This document shows positions 51,893 through 64,000 of a DNA stretch of 64,000 nucleotides, in pieces. Origin of the DNA: Coniocarpon cinnabarinum (Eukaryota); NCBI GenBank assembly GCA_051942205.1, contig JAVECO010000109.1, positions 1 to 64,000 on the forward strand, read 5' to 3'. Under the pieces are notes generated by a model, which made no database searches, was not told the origin of the DNA, and saw only the letters and a program-made list of their open reading frames with translations. Position 1 is the first letter of the stretch, and every line of letters begins with the position of its first letter. The translations under genes and the position numbers were made by a program.

Positions 51893-52779
51893 ATGACATC
51901 GCCAAGAGCAATTGTGATTCCAGCTCTCAAGAAGCATACCGCAACGCTCATCTGTATCCACGGACTTGGCGACTCGGGCGCGGGATGGACGTTCCTCGCC
52001 GAGAACTGGCGACGGCGTGGTAAATTTGAGGAGGTCGCTTTTGTTTTTCCGAGCGCGCCTACCATTCCCATCACAGCCGTACGTGTCCACCATCACTTGC
52101 AATTCATCTTATCTACCTTTCTACAAAAACCTATTCCGCTTCACTCTATATTTTCATGACGGCGTCATTGAGCGAGCTCCATGAGAGAGCAACCCAAGAA
52201 GCTTCATGCAGCTCGTCCACCAAACTAACACCTTTACAGAACATGGGCATGCAAATGCCCGGCTGGTACGATATCATCAACTTCGACACCTTAAAACGCT
52301 CCGACGACGAACCTGGCATTCTAAAATCCCAAAAGTACATTCACTCTCTGATCAACCAGCAAGTCGCTGATGGCATTCCCCCCTCTCGCATCATCCTGGG
52401 CGGCTTCAGCCAAGGAGGCGCGATGTCTCTCTTCAGCGGGCCCACATTCCGAGAACGACTGGCAGGCGTATTTGGGTTGAGTAGTTATCAGTTGCTCACG
52501 GAAAAGTTTGGCAGTTTAGTTGGGGAGCTATATGGTGAATCAGGGGAGGGGAAGAGAGATGTAAAGAAAGAAAAGATATTCATGGGACATGGAATTGATG
52601 ATCCGTTGGTGAAGTGTGACTGGGGCCAGATGACGATGGAGGGATTGAAAGAAAAGGGATTCGAGGTTGAGTGGCATACCTACGCTGACACGGTGCATGC
52701 GGTTGATCCGAAGGAGATTGATGATCTGGAAGCATGGGTGACCAAACGTTTGGAGGAGACCAAGGAGGAGAAGTTATGA
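51893..52779 (+). CDS. Acyl-protein thioesterase 1 / lysophospholipase (phospholipase/carboxylesterase family); intron ~52079-52238
   Basis: Motifs HTATLICIHGLGDSG, FPSAPTIPITA|NMGMQMPGWYDI, GGFSQGG (catalytic Ser), GHG-x-DDPLV and catalytic His in TVHAV. Confidence 0.92.
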
Positions 52780-53295
52780 CTCCTGCAAGAGAACGATTCT
52801 TCCATTGGCTCGACGCAAAACTTACTGACCTACGTTCAAGATCGCGATCAGTTCGGGCTGGCGACGAAATTCTCGTTCGCGGGCGCAATCGCTTTAATGC
52901 TGCTGCTGTTGGTGCGACTGGTGGGGCGGGGCCGCTGCCTACGATGAGATGGAGACCCTACTATAGCGATTGGCTAGCAATGAATGGTCTGTCAAGATGT
53001 CTACTCATGCAAGGGAACACGTTCCACTTCGCATTTGAGAGATATGTCCAACGAGAAGACTTCGATCCGAAGTCAATGTTTAGCACTAACGAACACATGA
53101 ATGAGGACATGGTTGTCAACCTTCAACAGCTTCAAAGACTGGGTTCGTCTCTCTCAAAGCAGATCTACCATCGCTTGAAAGACCTTGCGAATGAACACAG
53201 TGCAGAAGGACGCCGAGCCTCTTCCTTGCCGTTGAAGTCCCAGCACCTGGTCTGATACCGCCATCGTACTAGTTTGAGCTTGCTCTTAGACGAAG

Positions 53296-55137
53296 CTACT
53301 TTGTAGCAGCTTCTATCGCTGCTATCAATCCTATGATAGTGGAAATACCCGATAGAATGTACAAGGACATGCTCCGGGAGTGTTTGGTGCTGGCCGCAGT
53401 CCTTGGTATTTTCAGCAGCTCGAAATTTCGCCAGGGTACAAAGAGACTCCGCAGCCAGAACTTGTACTGAAAGTCTGGATACATGGTCGTGTTCCGTCCG
53501 GTGGCCGGGTCCAAGGCCCAAGAAGTGCAACCCGACGCCCAGACGAGCTGTTTGCATTTCTCTTGGACGTGATCAATATCAGCCTGCTCCGCGCCGGCCT
53601 TGACCTTGATGACATCTGCTTTGGACCCAACGCCTGACAAGGCAGACCTTTCGGCCCAGAGTGTTCTCAGAATGGGCTTCAGAGCGCGCAAGGCGAAGTT
53701 GATCTGGCATTCGGTGACGTACAAGACGTTGCCGTGACCGCTCGCTGTATTGGGACCCATGAGGATAAAAAAGTTGGGGAATTCTGAAAGCGAGGTACCG
53801 AAGTACGCAGAAGCTGTTCCTTCGCTGAATTTGTCCCACTAGAAAAGTCAACAGGTCAGCCACGGGGTAGCCTGTAACACAATAAGATCATTTCAATGTG
53901 TGCATTAGCAACTCACATGTTCAGCCACACTGACACCCTGCTCTCCGAAAATGTTCAGAGACACTAATGGTTTCTGAACCTCGAAGCCGTTGGCGAGGAT
54001 GACGGCGTCAGCTTTCACCATCCTGCCTGAGGTCGTGCGCACCCCTCCTTCCACGAATTCTTCGACGGGGTCGGCGTGCACCAACTCGACATTGTCGCGG
54101 TTCAAGGAGGAGAAATAATCCGTGTCCATGACACGACGTACGCAGCCCACTTCGGTCTTGGGCGCCAGAAAGTCATGATACTTTTCTGGGGCCGTCCTTC
54201 GCATATAATCGACTCCAACCTTCGCGTATAAAGCCCGCAGTCCGGCTCCGTTGACGATATCAAAGCTGTAGAAGTCCATCTCGGCATAGTAGTTTTGCGT
54301 CAGGCGGTATAGACGCATTGCAAACGGAACATATGCCATGACCCATTTGAAAAGGGCTGAATACTGCGGATTGGGTCTTTCGAATATCCATTGCGCTTGA
54401 CGAGCAAATTGAGTCACTTTCTTGACAGGCTTGTCGCCTCCACTGATCACCGGCACAGCTTGTGTCGCGCTGCAGCCATTTCCTTCTTGTCATGAGCGGC
54501 CTATGCATGCGCGAATGGAAGGGTCCGAGCTTACCAAGTACAACGACCTCCTTGTTGGTCCAGTCAAAGGAATGGTCCCATCGAGCTGTGTGAAACAATC
54601 GTCCCTGGAAGGCAGAAGCTCCGGGGACATCACACTCTTTAGGCACGGAGAGAACCCCGACTGCAGAGACCAAAGCTTTGCATCGGCGATGGGTCATCTG
54701 CGTTGTTTCTAGGTCCTTCACTGCCACTAGCCAAGTCGCTGAAGCTTCCTCCCAATGCGCTGAAGTCACGATAGAGCGAAATCGAATGTGCTTTTCAATG
54801 TCATACTTGCTCGCAACCCCCTTGAGGTAGGCTAAGATCTCAGGCTGCAACGGATACTTTGAGGACCAATTCGGATTGGGCTCGAATGAATATGAATAGT
54901 AATGCGAGGCGACCTGTCATCGTCAGGATATGAATCAACCATAGGAGAATCAGCTGGTGGGCGGTTTACATCACAGCCACAACCCGGATACGAGTTCACG
55001 AGCCAAGTACCACCAACGTGGTTCGATTTTTCGATGATCTCAAAATTTCTGTGTCCATATTTTCGTACAAGCTGAACTCCAAACCCAAGCCCAGCCAGCC
55101 CGGCTCCAACAATCAGGATGTCAGTATCCAATTCCAT
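53296..55137 (-). CDS. Flavin-containing Baeyer-Villiger-type monooxygenase, multi-exon, C-terminal hydrophobic anchor
   Basis: Motifs [27 protein letters not shown] fingerprint [12 protein letters not shown], second Rossmann [19 protein letters not shown] and [10 protein letters not shown]. Confidence 0.92.
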
Positions 55138-55630
55138 AATGTGATTCACGTACGGTTGGGCTACAATGTCCAAGAAATCCCGCAACTGCGTTTTTCTATC
55201 GCCTATGCAAAACAGCTGATGGTATGCGCAAGACCACAGGGCTAGTAGAGTCTGGCAGCCTAGCAGTAGGAAACCAGCGTTTGAGTAAGAGATATCAAGG
55301 TCTAGCAAGCCAATGTCGCTAACATAACGTCATTCGAAGAAGCACGGTGGAGATCCTCGTTGGTGACGGCAGAATATCTACAGCCGTGCTTATTTATGCC
55401 CTTATCATACACAACTCCTAGCATTACTAATTGGACGAACCAGGCTCAGGCCGAGCAAAAAATCTATCGAGCTACCCCGCACAGCGGATGACAATCCTCC
55501 ATGTTTTCCAGCGTGCACAACTCGCTAACCAGATGCTTTCGAGCAGTGGACAACATCAGGCTAGAGCAAGCTTTCTGGGCCCGAGAACAGTGGAACAATC
55601 TGCTCTCAAGAGCACAGTCTTAAGAGGCGC

Positions 55631-56827
55631 TCAAAGCGTATATACGAGCTTCTCTCCACTGACCTTCCCGGCTTCCATGTCTTTTAGGCCTACTAGAGCT
55701 CCTTCGAGCCCGCTCCCTGTTTTATTTATGGACGCTTTCAGCGGCTTGAGATCTCCGTTTTCAAGCAACCCCTGGGTCAATTCTAGGAAAGATACGTAAA
55801 ACCGCATGTCTCCAAGATCAGGGTCTATGGGCGTTTTGCCCAAGAACCAATACTTCTCACCCATCGTGTCGTAGCCACGCACGGATTCGTGCCCATTCAC
55901 GTGCGGATTTGTGGACTTCAACAGATCCAAGTCAGCGGGCATGATGGAGCCGTATTCCCCCGGCTTGGAGTCGCTCACAGCGGCTGCACAGATACCTGCC
56001 CCGTCGCCGGTGCAGTCCCAGGCGTAGATGAGGTTATTGTTGGTCGCATTTCTGATGTCTGCGGCACATGTTGGTGACTTGTAATCGAATACGGCGTCTG
56101 CACCCAGCGATTTCATCATCTTGTAGTTGTGTGGTGAGCATGTCGTCAGCACTGTGAGCCCAGAGCGCTTGGCAAGTTGGATCCCCGCCATGCCGGTTGC
56201 GGTGCTGCCGCCGTAAATGAGTAAGGGGAAAGGCTTCTTCGCTGGGTGTGAGGGCAACGGGAGTTCGAGGTCTTTGTAGAGTCCCAAGCCCTGGTACCGA
56301 GTCTCAGTTCTTCGATGATCTCAAGTGTGTCATATTCGCTTACCACAGTCATAATCGCAACACCCAGCGTGGCCGCTTCTTCAAAACTCATGTGGTCTGG
56401 AATCTTCCTCTGCACACACGCCTTGGCAATGGCGTACTGTGCGAAAGCACCAGACTCGGGATCTGCTCGATTTCTGCGTGATGTCGTTCAGATCAGCACA
56501 TCTTTCACTCAGACACCAGCACATGAACGAAACCGGGCTGATTGGATCGAACGAAACGTACGATCCATGGATCCAGCCGGCAATCCTATCGCCTTTCACA
56601 AACTTTGAGACTTTCGCGCCCACCTCGGTCACTATACCAGCGTAGTCGCACCCTACTCTGCACCCGACTTGGGCGCCGTTCCACGCGATGTGTTTCCAGT
56701 CTGTGGGATTGAGGGCTATGGCCTTGACTTGGATGAGAACCCATTCGTCTCGTAACGGGGGAATGGAGACGTCTTCTACCGCGGCGCTGGTTTCATTAAC
56801 GATGACGATGGCTTTGTTACCCGGCAT
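55631..56827 (-). CDS. Trans-acting enoyl reductase (LovC-like medium-chain dehydrogenase/reductase); 2 introns
   Basis: Motifs [46 protein letters not shown]...[13 protein letters not shown] and C-terminal GKVSGEKLV. Confidence 0.9.
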
Positions 56828-57411
56828 GGTCACGGTGTTCGGCGACGATTTTTTTCTGATGTATGGGAGCGCCAAAACTTGGAGCAACACTCGAAGCGTC
56901 GGGCCTATCCAGCGTCCGAGCTTGAGGAGGATGCCAGAGGGACAGCGAGCTTTGCTTCGCACTCACGAGATCTCAGAGATCACAGATAAGAGGAGAGGCT
57001 AAGCGTCGCTCTTCGCGTTTTGCGTTCGCGAGACTGGATGCTCACTCAATCTCCTCCGCATACTCGGCGTCGACGCACTGACGAACGACCTGATCATCCG
57101 GTAAAGCAAAGATTTCTCAGATCAAAATTCCTCATACGAGTCGCAATATGACGCGTTCAACCCTCCCGACCGCAGAAGATGCGCCACCGTGCGTCGTGGC
57201 GTTCTGATCAACTGCTCCCTCCACGGTCAAGACGCCGTTCTTGGAAGGTCATCAAAGAGAGCTCAAGATGATCCACCTCAGCACCAACCCATGCCATTGT
57301 GAAGATGTTGAGACAAGCTGCATCCACTATCCCCCCAGTGTTTGATCATCCAAATGTTGATATACGACGCGACACGACTCACGCAGCTCCCTGACTCGAC
57401 AAAGGTACCCA

Positions 57412-57448
57412 CCCAGACCCCAAACCCCAAACCCCAAACCCCACACCC
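57412..57448. repeat. Short (CCCCAAA)n-like heptamer tandem repeat
   Basis: cccagaccccaaaccccaaaccccaaaccccacaccc read directly from the sequence. Confidence 0.75.
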
Positions 57449-58213
57449 GGGACGTCAAGACGTGGAGACGGACGGGAACGGGAACGGACCGCTCGCCGTG
57501 TAGCCAAGCTCACGTGGGTCCAGCATCCAACGCAGATGCGCAACTATCATGCCTACCTTTCGCTTATTTACCTGCTAACCGCAAACGGAGACGTTTCGCG
57601 ACGTGCCACGCCGCGCCACGAACGACGCTAGGTAAGCTCCGTGCATGGCCAGCTGCATGCATCTAGCAACGCACTCCACAGGTACTTGATCTGGATCTGC
57701 GGCGAAGTACCTGGAGTGGTGCACGCCTTCGGGACACGGACACGCTTCAGAGACTCTTCACTTCAGGGATGGACAAGCGGCGTATCATGCGATTGGTGGG
57801 TAACGATGCATCTGGGTATGAGTTGGCTCTGCAGGCTCACCGCCTGGTTTTGAATTTGTGATGACGCCCGATGATGTCGTCGACGCGGTTTGGGTTGGAG
57901 TGCAGGGGTTTGAGCGGGGCGCGGAGGCAAAGGGTGATTGTCAGATTCAGCTATGGGAAGGTGATTGATCACGGACGTGATTGGCATGATGGCTGTTGCT
58001 ATCTGCGAATGCTCCATGTTCACATGTCTGCTCGTCAAAGACAGCATTCAGTTGGCTTGGAAGAGGCATGAAGACGGATGGTTGCTCATTTGAGGGCTCA
58101 CACCATGAAAATCTTCATGATCATGTCTGTATGGGACTGAGAAGTAATGCTGTGCGAGACTCTTACTGCCATGTTGACACCAGATCCTCATTGACATGTT
58201 CGCCTAAATTGCA

Positions 58214-59802
58214 TCACTTGGACTGAATCTTGTCCACGAGCTGTGCTTCGAGCAGCCCCATGACCCCCTTGCCATGCACTTTAACCACCTCAAACCGCTC
58301 ATCCGCCCCCTTAAGCAGCTGCGTGAACTCCTTCAGCGTCCGCTGTTTCGCAGCGTACATATTCAACATGTGTATATCAATTTGTCGAAGATGATACTCT
58401 TCCGCCTTCGGCTCCGTGTTCCGAGGCGGCAGCAACATGTCATTAATGAGTAGACTCGTTCCTGGCGGACACTTCTCCATGGCCGGGACGAACGACTTGA
58501 GGATTTGGATGCAGACGTCATCGGGATAATTGTGGATCACCTGGCGCAGAAAGAAGAGTCCTGCATCAGTGACTGGCTGCGGCTCATAGAAACTGTATTG
58601 CATGAACGAGACTCGGTCCTGGACTTGCGCGTACTCTGGTATTTTGGGACCTTGTTCGAGCATGACGGTGTTGACGTCTTGAACAACGAAGCTGAGCTCA
58701 GGGAATTGCTGTGTTCAGTTATTAGCTGTTCGTTCTTATTGGCTGGCTGATCAAACAGTCGAGTGCTGTTGGATTTCTTTTCTTCCTTTTCAGGACTCAC
58801 AGCAGCTAGGTTGATGGATACGTGTCCACTACCTCCACCGACATCGACGACTTTGTTGTTGCCAAGGCGAGCCCATGGGAATCGATCTCGCACCTCCAAG
58901 GTGTCTCGGTTCACTGAAAAGAGCTTTCAGCCTCGGCAACAGAAGTCGAACAAAGGATGGATATTATGGAAAGACTTAGGCATACTTTGTACATATCCAG
59001 CCATAGCTGAAGCGAATCTTGCTCCACGTTCGGGGTTTTCGGCATACCAAGTGTATGGAGAAACGCCAAAACGGAGGCTGAACGCACTATTCTCTGCTTT
59101 GGATTCGAACGGTGATTCTTGAATGGAGGCTGCAGTCAGCGACGCCGCTTCAAACATCTCATCAGCCCTGTAAACTTGTCAGTAAAAGTGACAACGTCGA
59201 GCGTAGACGCTGAATACAAACTCCATGGAAAAAGTCGCCCTGATATTCTTCTCGCGCGCCAGAAAGGCCGACAAAGCCGTGTGCTCATACACGTCTTCCT
59301 TTACCTCTACAAAGCAATGCTGCGTACAGAGAAACTTCATGAGGCGAGTCAACCGATCCTCGTCCATTTTCACGAGGGATGCCATCTCCTTCGCTGTCAT
59401 GGGACGGGTGAAGGGCATAGTGGTGAAGAAATTAAAGCGCAACGCCGTCTGCCACACAGAGAGATCATGATGGCAGCAGCAGAATGTGCGAATCCATTGC
59501 AGCGGCCCCTTGGTAAGGTGGAGCAGGTCTTGGACCGCATCGGTTAGATCGGTCCGGATCGCATCGTACTCGTTATTTGCTGGGATTTGAGGAGAGTTTG
59601 GCGTAAAATTCGGCTCCTCGTGGCCGTTTCGCTCGAGGTAGTCAACCAACTTCTCGGACTGCTTGAGAGCTTCGCGAGCTTTGGATAGGATTAACGACTG
59701 TTCTTCGGTAACGATTTATCAGTCTCATCTGGCGTCTGGTGATAACGAAACAATTTCCCTCCTTACCTGACCCTTTATGCTCTGATCCTTTCTGACCGTC
59801 AT
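58214..59802 (-). CDS. SAM-dependent O-methyltransferase (fungal secondary-metabolite OMT, Methyltransf_2 type), multi-exon
   Basis: N-terminal dimerisation/wHTH region (RLTRLMKFL...F.E...YEHTALS), RFASAMAG, SAM motif VVDVGGGSGH, FFLRQVIHNYPD and QRTLKEF..L. Confidence 0.92.
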
Positions 59803-61040
59803 TTCTTGTAAGATCCTGAAGTAGTTTGTCTCAGAGATAGGTGGGGAGGTGATATTAGATTTATAGCAAGCAAGCAAGCAATCAGAAGAAAGCGTGCGAT
59901 ATCTCTTGTCTCGAGGTAAGGATTTCCGGGGCTTCACAAGACTCAATGGCGTTGGAGCTTTAGATGGCAACGAGTTCTGCCTGTATCAATGATAGATGAT
60001 AAGAGACTGCAAGCTTGCGAGAACGTTGGGGACATAGCACAACTTCAATGCAGGGCTACAGCGACTCAGTATTGATAGAGCATGCTTGCTATCAGCACCA
60101 GCTTTCGTGTAGACTGAAGACTGGCGGGGATCATCGGACCAATGCTTCGTCACATAACTGTCATCGTCCTGATACTGCCAATCTCATGTCTGCGAGCGAT
60201 GATCTGATAGGGTCGGAGATCGTGGGCGTCTACGTCCAGACCTGTGTAGATCTGTGTGGTCACAAAAGCCTGAGTAGTCCCTTCAACGTACAGTAGATGC
60301 GGTGGCAAGACTTTACTCAGACCCTGAATCAAGATTCGCGCTGAGTTCCATGCAGCCGACAAGATGATTTGCGCAAGCATCCATAGAAGGTGCTGCATTG
60401 TATGCTTCTTCTCGCAGTCGGAAAGCCATTACTCCGAAACATGATAAGCTGTTGACCGCCACTCGCTTCAATCACGGCGTGTGTCTGCTGCAAGTCGCCT
60501 CGCCGCATTGCTGATCTGAGCAAGAGCGTGCCCTGAAGTATGGCTTGAGGTGACGTTGGGGATGCGGTCTAGCTAGCGCGACATGGAACCAAGGGTGAAG
60601 ACGGGCACTATGGACGTGGCTAAATCCGTCCGTTCCTCTAACTATATCTGTACTAGTGTGGTGCATGCTAGTGCACCAGGCTAAGGGAAAGTTTGATTTA
60701 CAGATTCAGGGGAAGCTCCTGCTGCACGTACAAGCATGACAAGCACAGATAAGGTGACACATTCTTGATCCACGTCAGACGTCACTCGCATGCACTTGAT
60801 TCACCAAAGCTTGACCCACGAGGCCGATGCCCTTCAGCAGTACGAGCTTGTGATCTCATCTTGTCTGATCTGTCGAACGGACAAAGCTTGCAAGAAGCCA
60901 TAGCTCTTTCGCAAGATGAGAACCCTGAGACAGACACATTATTTAGATCATGCAAGCTCATACGAGCCGCCTAACCATGTAGCACTCTGCACCTTCGTAG
61001 TCTTCTTTTCAGCACAAATCAGGAAGCCTTTCTGACCACA

Positions 61041-62798
61041 ATGTCCGCCTTGCTCGAAGAAACGCTCTCTCAGGGCCTTGAGTCCCGCCACACACTGTTG
61101 GCGGCGACCTTGGGGGCTGTTTTCCTCTACTTTCTTTTCACCGTTTCGCACGAGCCAAAGGCTAATAGCAGCTTTCCACACGTAGGCACTGAGCAGGGCA
61201 CCCTGTTTTTCAAGGGCATCCGTCAGCGACTCCAATGGTTCAAAAAAGGTCCGAGCCTGATTCATAGCGCATTCAAAGAGCACAAGAATGCCATCTTCAC
61301 CCTCCCTTCACTTGACCGTACCTCTATTGTGCTCCCACCTCGCTTCCTGCAAGAGATCAAGGAACTTCCAAGCAGCATTGGAAACAATTCCCAAGCCACG
61401 TCCGATGTGAGTAACTCTCGACGAGCCTCAATTATGTATACACATACATATGACGCATTGTACGGTCACCTGACAGCGATCCAGTTCTTCATCGGACGAT
61501 GGACAACACTAGATTACGATATCTTTGGTCACGCCACTATAGACGCCATCAAAACGCAATATATTACCAAGATTGGCTCGCAAATCGAGCCAGCTTCTAA
61601 TGAAGCCGCGTACGCTTTTCACAAGCATTTTGGCACTTACCCTGGTTTGTAGCCTCCGCTGGTTTGCACGGGAGACACTGATTTTTGGAAACACCAGACT
61701 GGACCCCTGTCGCTGTCCAGCCCCGAATTCTGCAGCTCGTCTCGCAGATGGTCGCTCGAACAGTCATAGGATCCGATGTCTGTCGTAACTCTGACTGGAC
61801 TTCTGCTGTGACCGACTATGCTCAGAACATATTTCAGGCTGCTGTGTTCCTAAAATTGCTGCCTGATATCATGCATCCCTTTGCGGCGGTGTTTCTCCCA
61901 TACTTCTGGCGCATTCGACGTTGTCGTCGAGCTATTAAGAAGCTTGCAGCGCCCATCATTCACGAAAAGGTCGCCTGGAAGCGCGATGACCCCAAGTCTT
62001 GGAAGGCGCATCTGAAGGACGACGAGGCCATCGCAGTCGACTGGCTCGTGGAGACGTCCCCACCCCAAGAATCGACCGTCGCCATGATGGCCCATCGTCT
62101 GACCGGCGTGAGCTTCGGCGCTTCTCACACGACTTCCAACACCATCACGAATGCCCTTATGGATCTAGCGAATGACTTCGATCGCTGGGCCCCGCCGTTG
62201 CGAGAAGAAATCAGCGAAGTTCTCGGGGACCAGCCTGGTGAAATTACCAATGCAGACTTGTCGAAGATGTGGAAACTTGACAGCTTCTTGAAAGAGTCAC
62301 AGAGGTTCCACCCTCCCTCGAAATGTGCGTGCATCCCGATACTGTGAATTTTGAGCTAGTCAGCTAATACGAAATGCGACAGTGTCCGTGAATCGCAAGA
62401 TGCTGAAGCCCCACACTTTGTCCACTGGAGAAGTACTCCCTAAAAATGCGCACATCTCATTTGCCGGCGTTCCCATGTCCATGTCCGACGATTACTTCGA
62501 ATCAGCCGAGCAATTCGATGGGTTTCGATTTGAACGACTTCGCCGTAATCCTGAGACAAACCACAATGGCCTGCAGTTTACTTCGTCCTACGCCGGAAGC
62601 TTGCACTTCGGCCATGGCAAATATATGTGCCCCGGACGATTCATGGGCAGCCTAATCTCCAAGCTCCTTCTGATTGAGATGCTTCGCCGATATGACCTAA
62701 AGTTGATCAAGGGAGGGCGACCAGAGAGTCTGATGTTCTTTGACATGGATATTCCTGATCCGAAGTACGAGGTTCTATTTCGAGACAGGTCGATGTGA
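61041..62798 (+). CDS. Cytochrome P450 monooxygenase (secondary-metabolite type), 4 exons
   Basis: N-terminal TM anchor, I-helix SFGASHTT, K-helix ESQR, FDGFRF and heme motif FGHGKYMCPG. Confidence 0.95.
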
Positions 62799-64000
62799 AC
62801 GATATGATCACAGTGTTGATGACTTTCTTAGGAACGGCATTTCGAGGACGTCAATGTGTCCATTGAGAAGTATTTGATAGTACATTCGCTTGAACAGATC
62901 TGACGATTGGCGTTTGTGTTTCTTGCCGCACGAGCCCTGCTGTCTTGCTGCAGTTTCGAAAAAGTGCCTTGTCCTGTCTTATCTTTTAAGAACCCGTCAC
63001 AAGATAAAACATCCACACTGTGTCTTATCTTGACCTTTTTGTTCGTCTCGCTGCAAAAGTTCCGCAAGGCATTTGGGAACCCAGAGTTCTTCTGCCTTTT
63101 TTCGTCTTCTAACGACAGTAGGGGCACAGGTGACTTGCTTATTGTTGACGGGGCCTTATTGATACCTCAGTACCAAGCCTCAACACGATCTCCTGGTACT
63201 GTTCAACTGTCTACAGACTATCTTGGCCAGCTTTATGTCGCTCTGCTGATTCCTTCTAGTGCTGCTGGTGCGTGGCGGTCTAGGTGTACAGCAACCTCCC
63301 CTAGATTGAAATATAGAGGACTCCATATTTACATCAGTTTTACGTAGTATCATGCTCCGGTACATCCAGACTCTCCGTTTCAAGCTCTGCAGGTGAAACT
63401 CAAAGCGTTGCAATTCGAGTCCACAGCTGGCTGAGACGAAGACGTACACCTGTTCATGAACAGAACTCCTTCTGTGACCGCTCGTTGTAGCTTTGGATCA
63501 GTTTCGGGTTTCCCATCATCCGAGCACAGACATCGACCTCGCTTGTGCTCTCCAGAGACAAGACGCACGTGATCATTCGACACATAATAACAGCCAAGCC
63601 GTCTAGCTGTGCTCTTGCGGCGATTCTCGCTCCAGCAGGGTTCGCTGCTGCAAGCGTTGCCACTCGATCAGCTTCTCAGTATGTTCTTCCAGTGCTGACT
63701 CTTGCAAGCTCGATTGTTCATCCGTTGGCTGGACACCTGACGCCGACGCGCGCCAATCTACTGACTCGCTTGGGGGCGTCATCCTCGAAGCGAGGATTTG
63801 GCAAGGTACATGGCCCACTTCGTAGGATAATTGACAAGTGGAGTAGCGGACCCGCCCCACAACTTGCTCTTGCAGGTGCCTGCACCGTCTGAAGTGAAGC
63901 GGAGCGGCCAGCATGGGCGAAATCAAGGGATCATCGAGCTTATCGGTCCTTCCGAGGACTCAATGAGAAACAGAGAATGAGGCCACTTGCTCGAAGATCC

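Noticed and set aside
52734..53255. 173-aa plus-strand ORF overlapping the thioesterase stop
   Set aside because: Overlaps the upstream CDS end, lies in the convergent 3'-UTR zone and shows no recognisable domain.
57412..57448. Telomere-like interpretation of (CCCCAAA)n
   Set aside because: Only ~5 imperfect units, and it does not match the usual filamentous-fungal CCCTAA repeat; treated as a microsatellite.

Overview
This is an intron-containing filamentous ascomycete (Pezizomycotina-like) genomic window. The left part (0.5-32 kb) is a housekeeping block: SEN1 helicase, DNF1/2 P4-ATPase flippase, MAK16, MSS1/MnmE GTPase, a probable SMC5/6-associated protein, VMA4 and a NIPA/DUF803 transporter. 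It is interrupted by a ~6.8 kb gene-poor interval (14.5-21.3 kb). That interval holds the most striking signal: a TATA-preceded, ATG-poor locus encoding the hexapeptide GRDGYN three times, differing only at synonymous positions (a 7-aa ORF MGRDGYN* and a 76-aa ORF that begins and ends with the motif). It is a candidate polycistronic micropeptide gene. At 32-35.4 kb lies a previously unannotated, highly diverged tandem array of ~14-15 units of ~235 bp with protein-like remnants. The right part is accessory: an FAD monooxygenase broken by a single in-frame TGA, a GH76, a secreted lipase, an atypical membrane-tailed GH72, an acyl-protein thioesterase, and the edge of a secondary-metabolite cluster (BVMO, trans-enoyl reductase, O-methyltransferase, P450) whose core synthase is not in the window. 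Exon boundaries were read by eye; no database searches were run.
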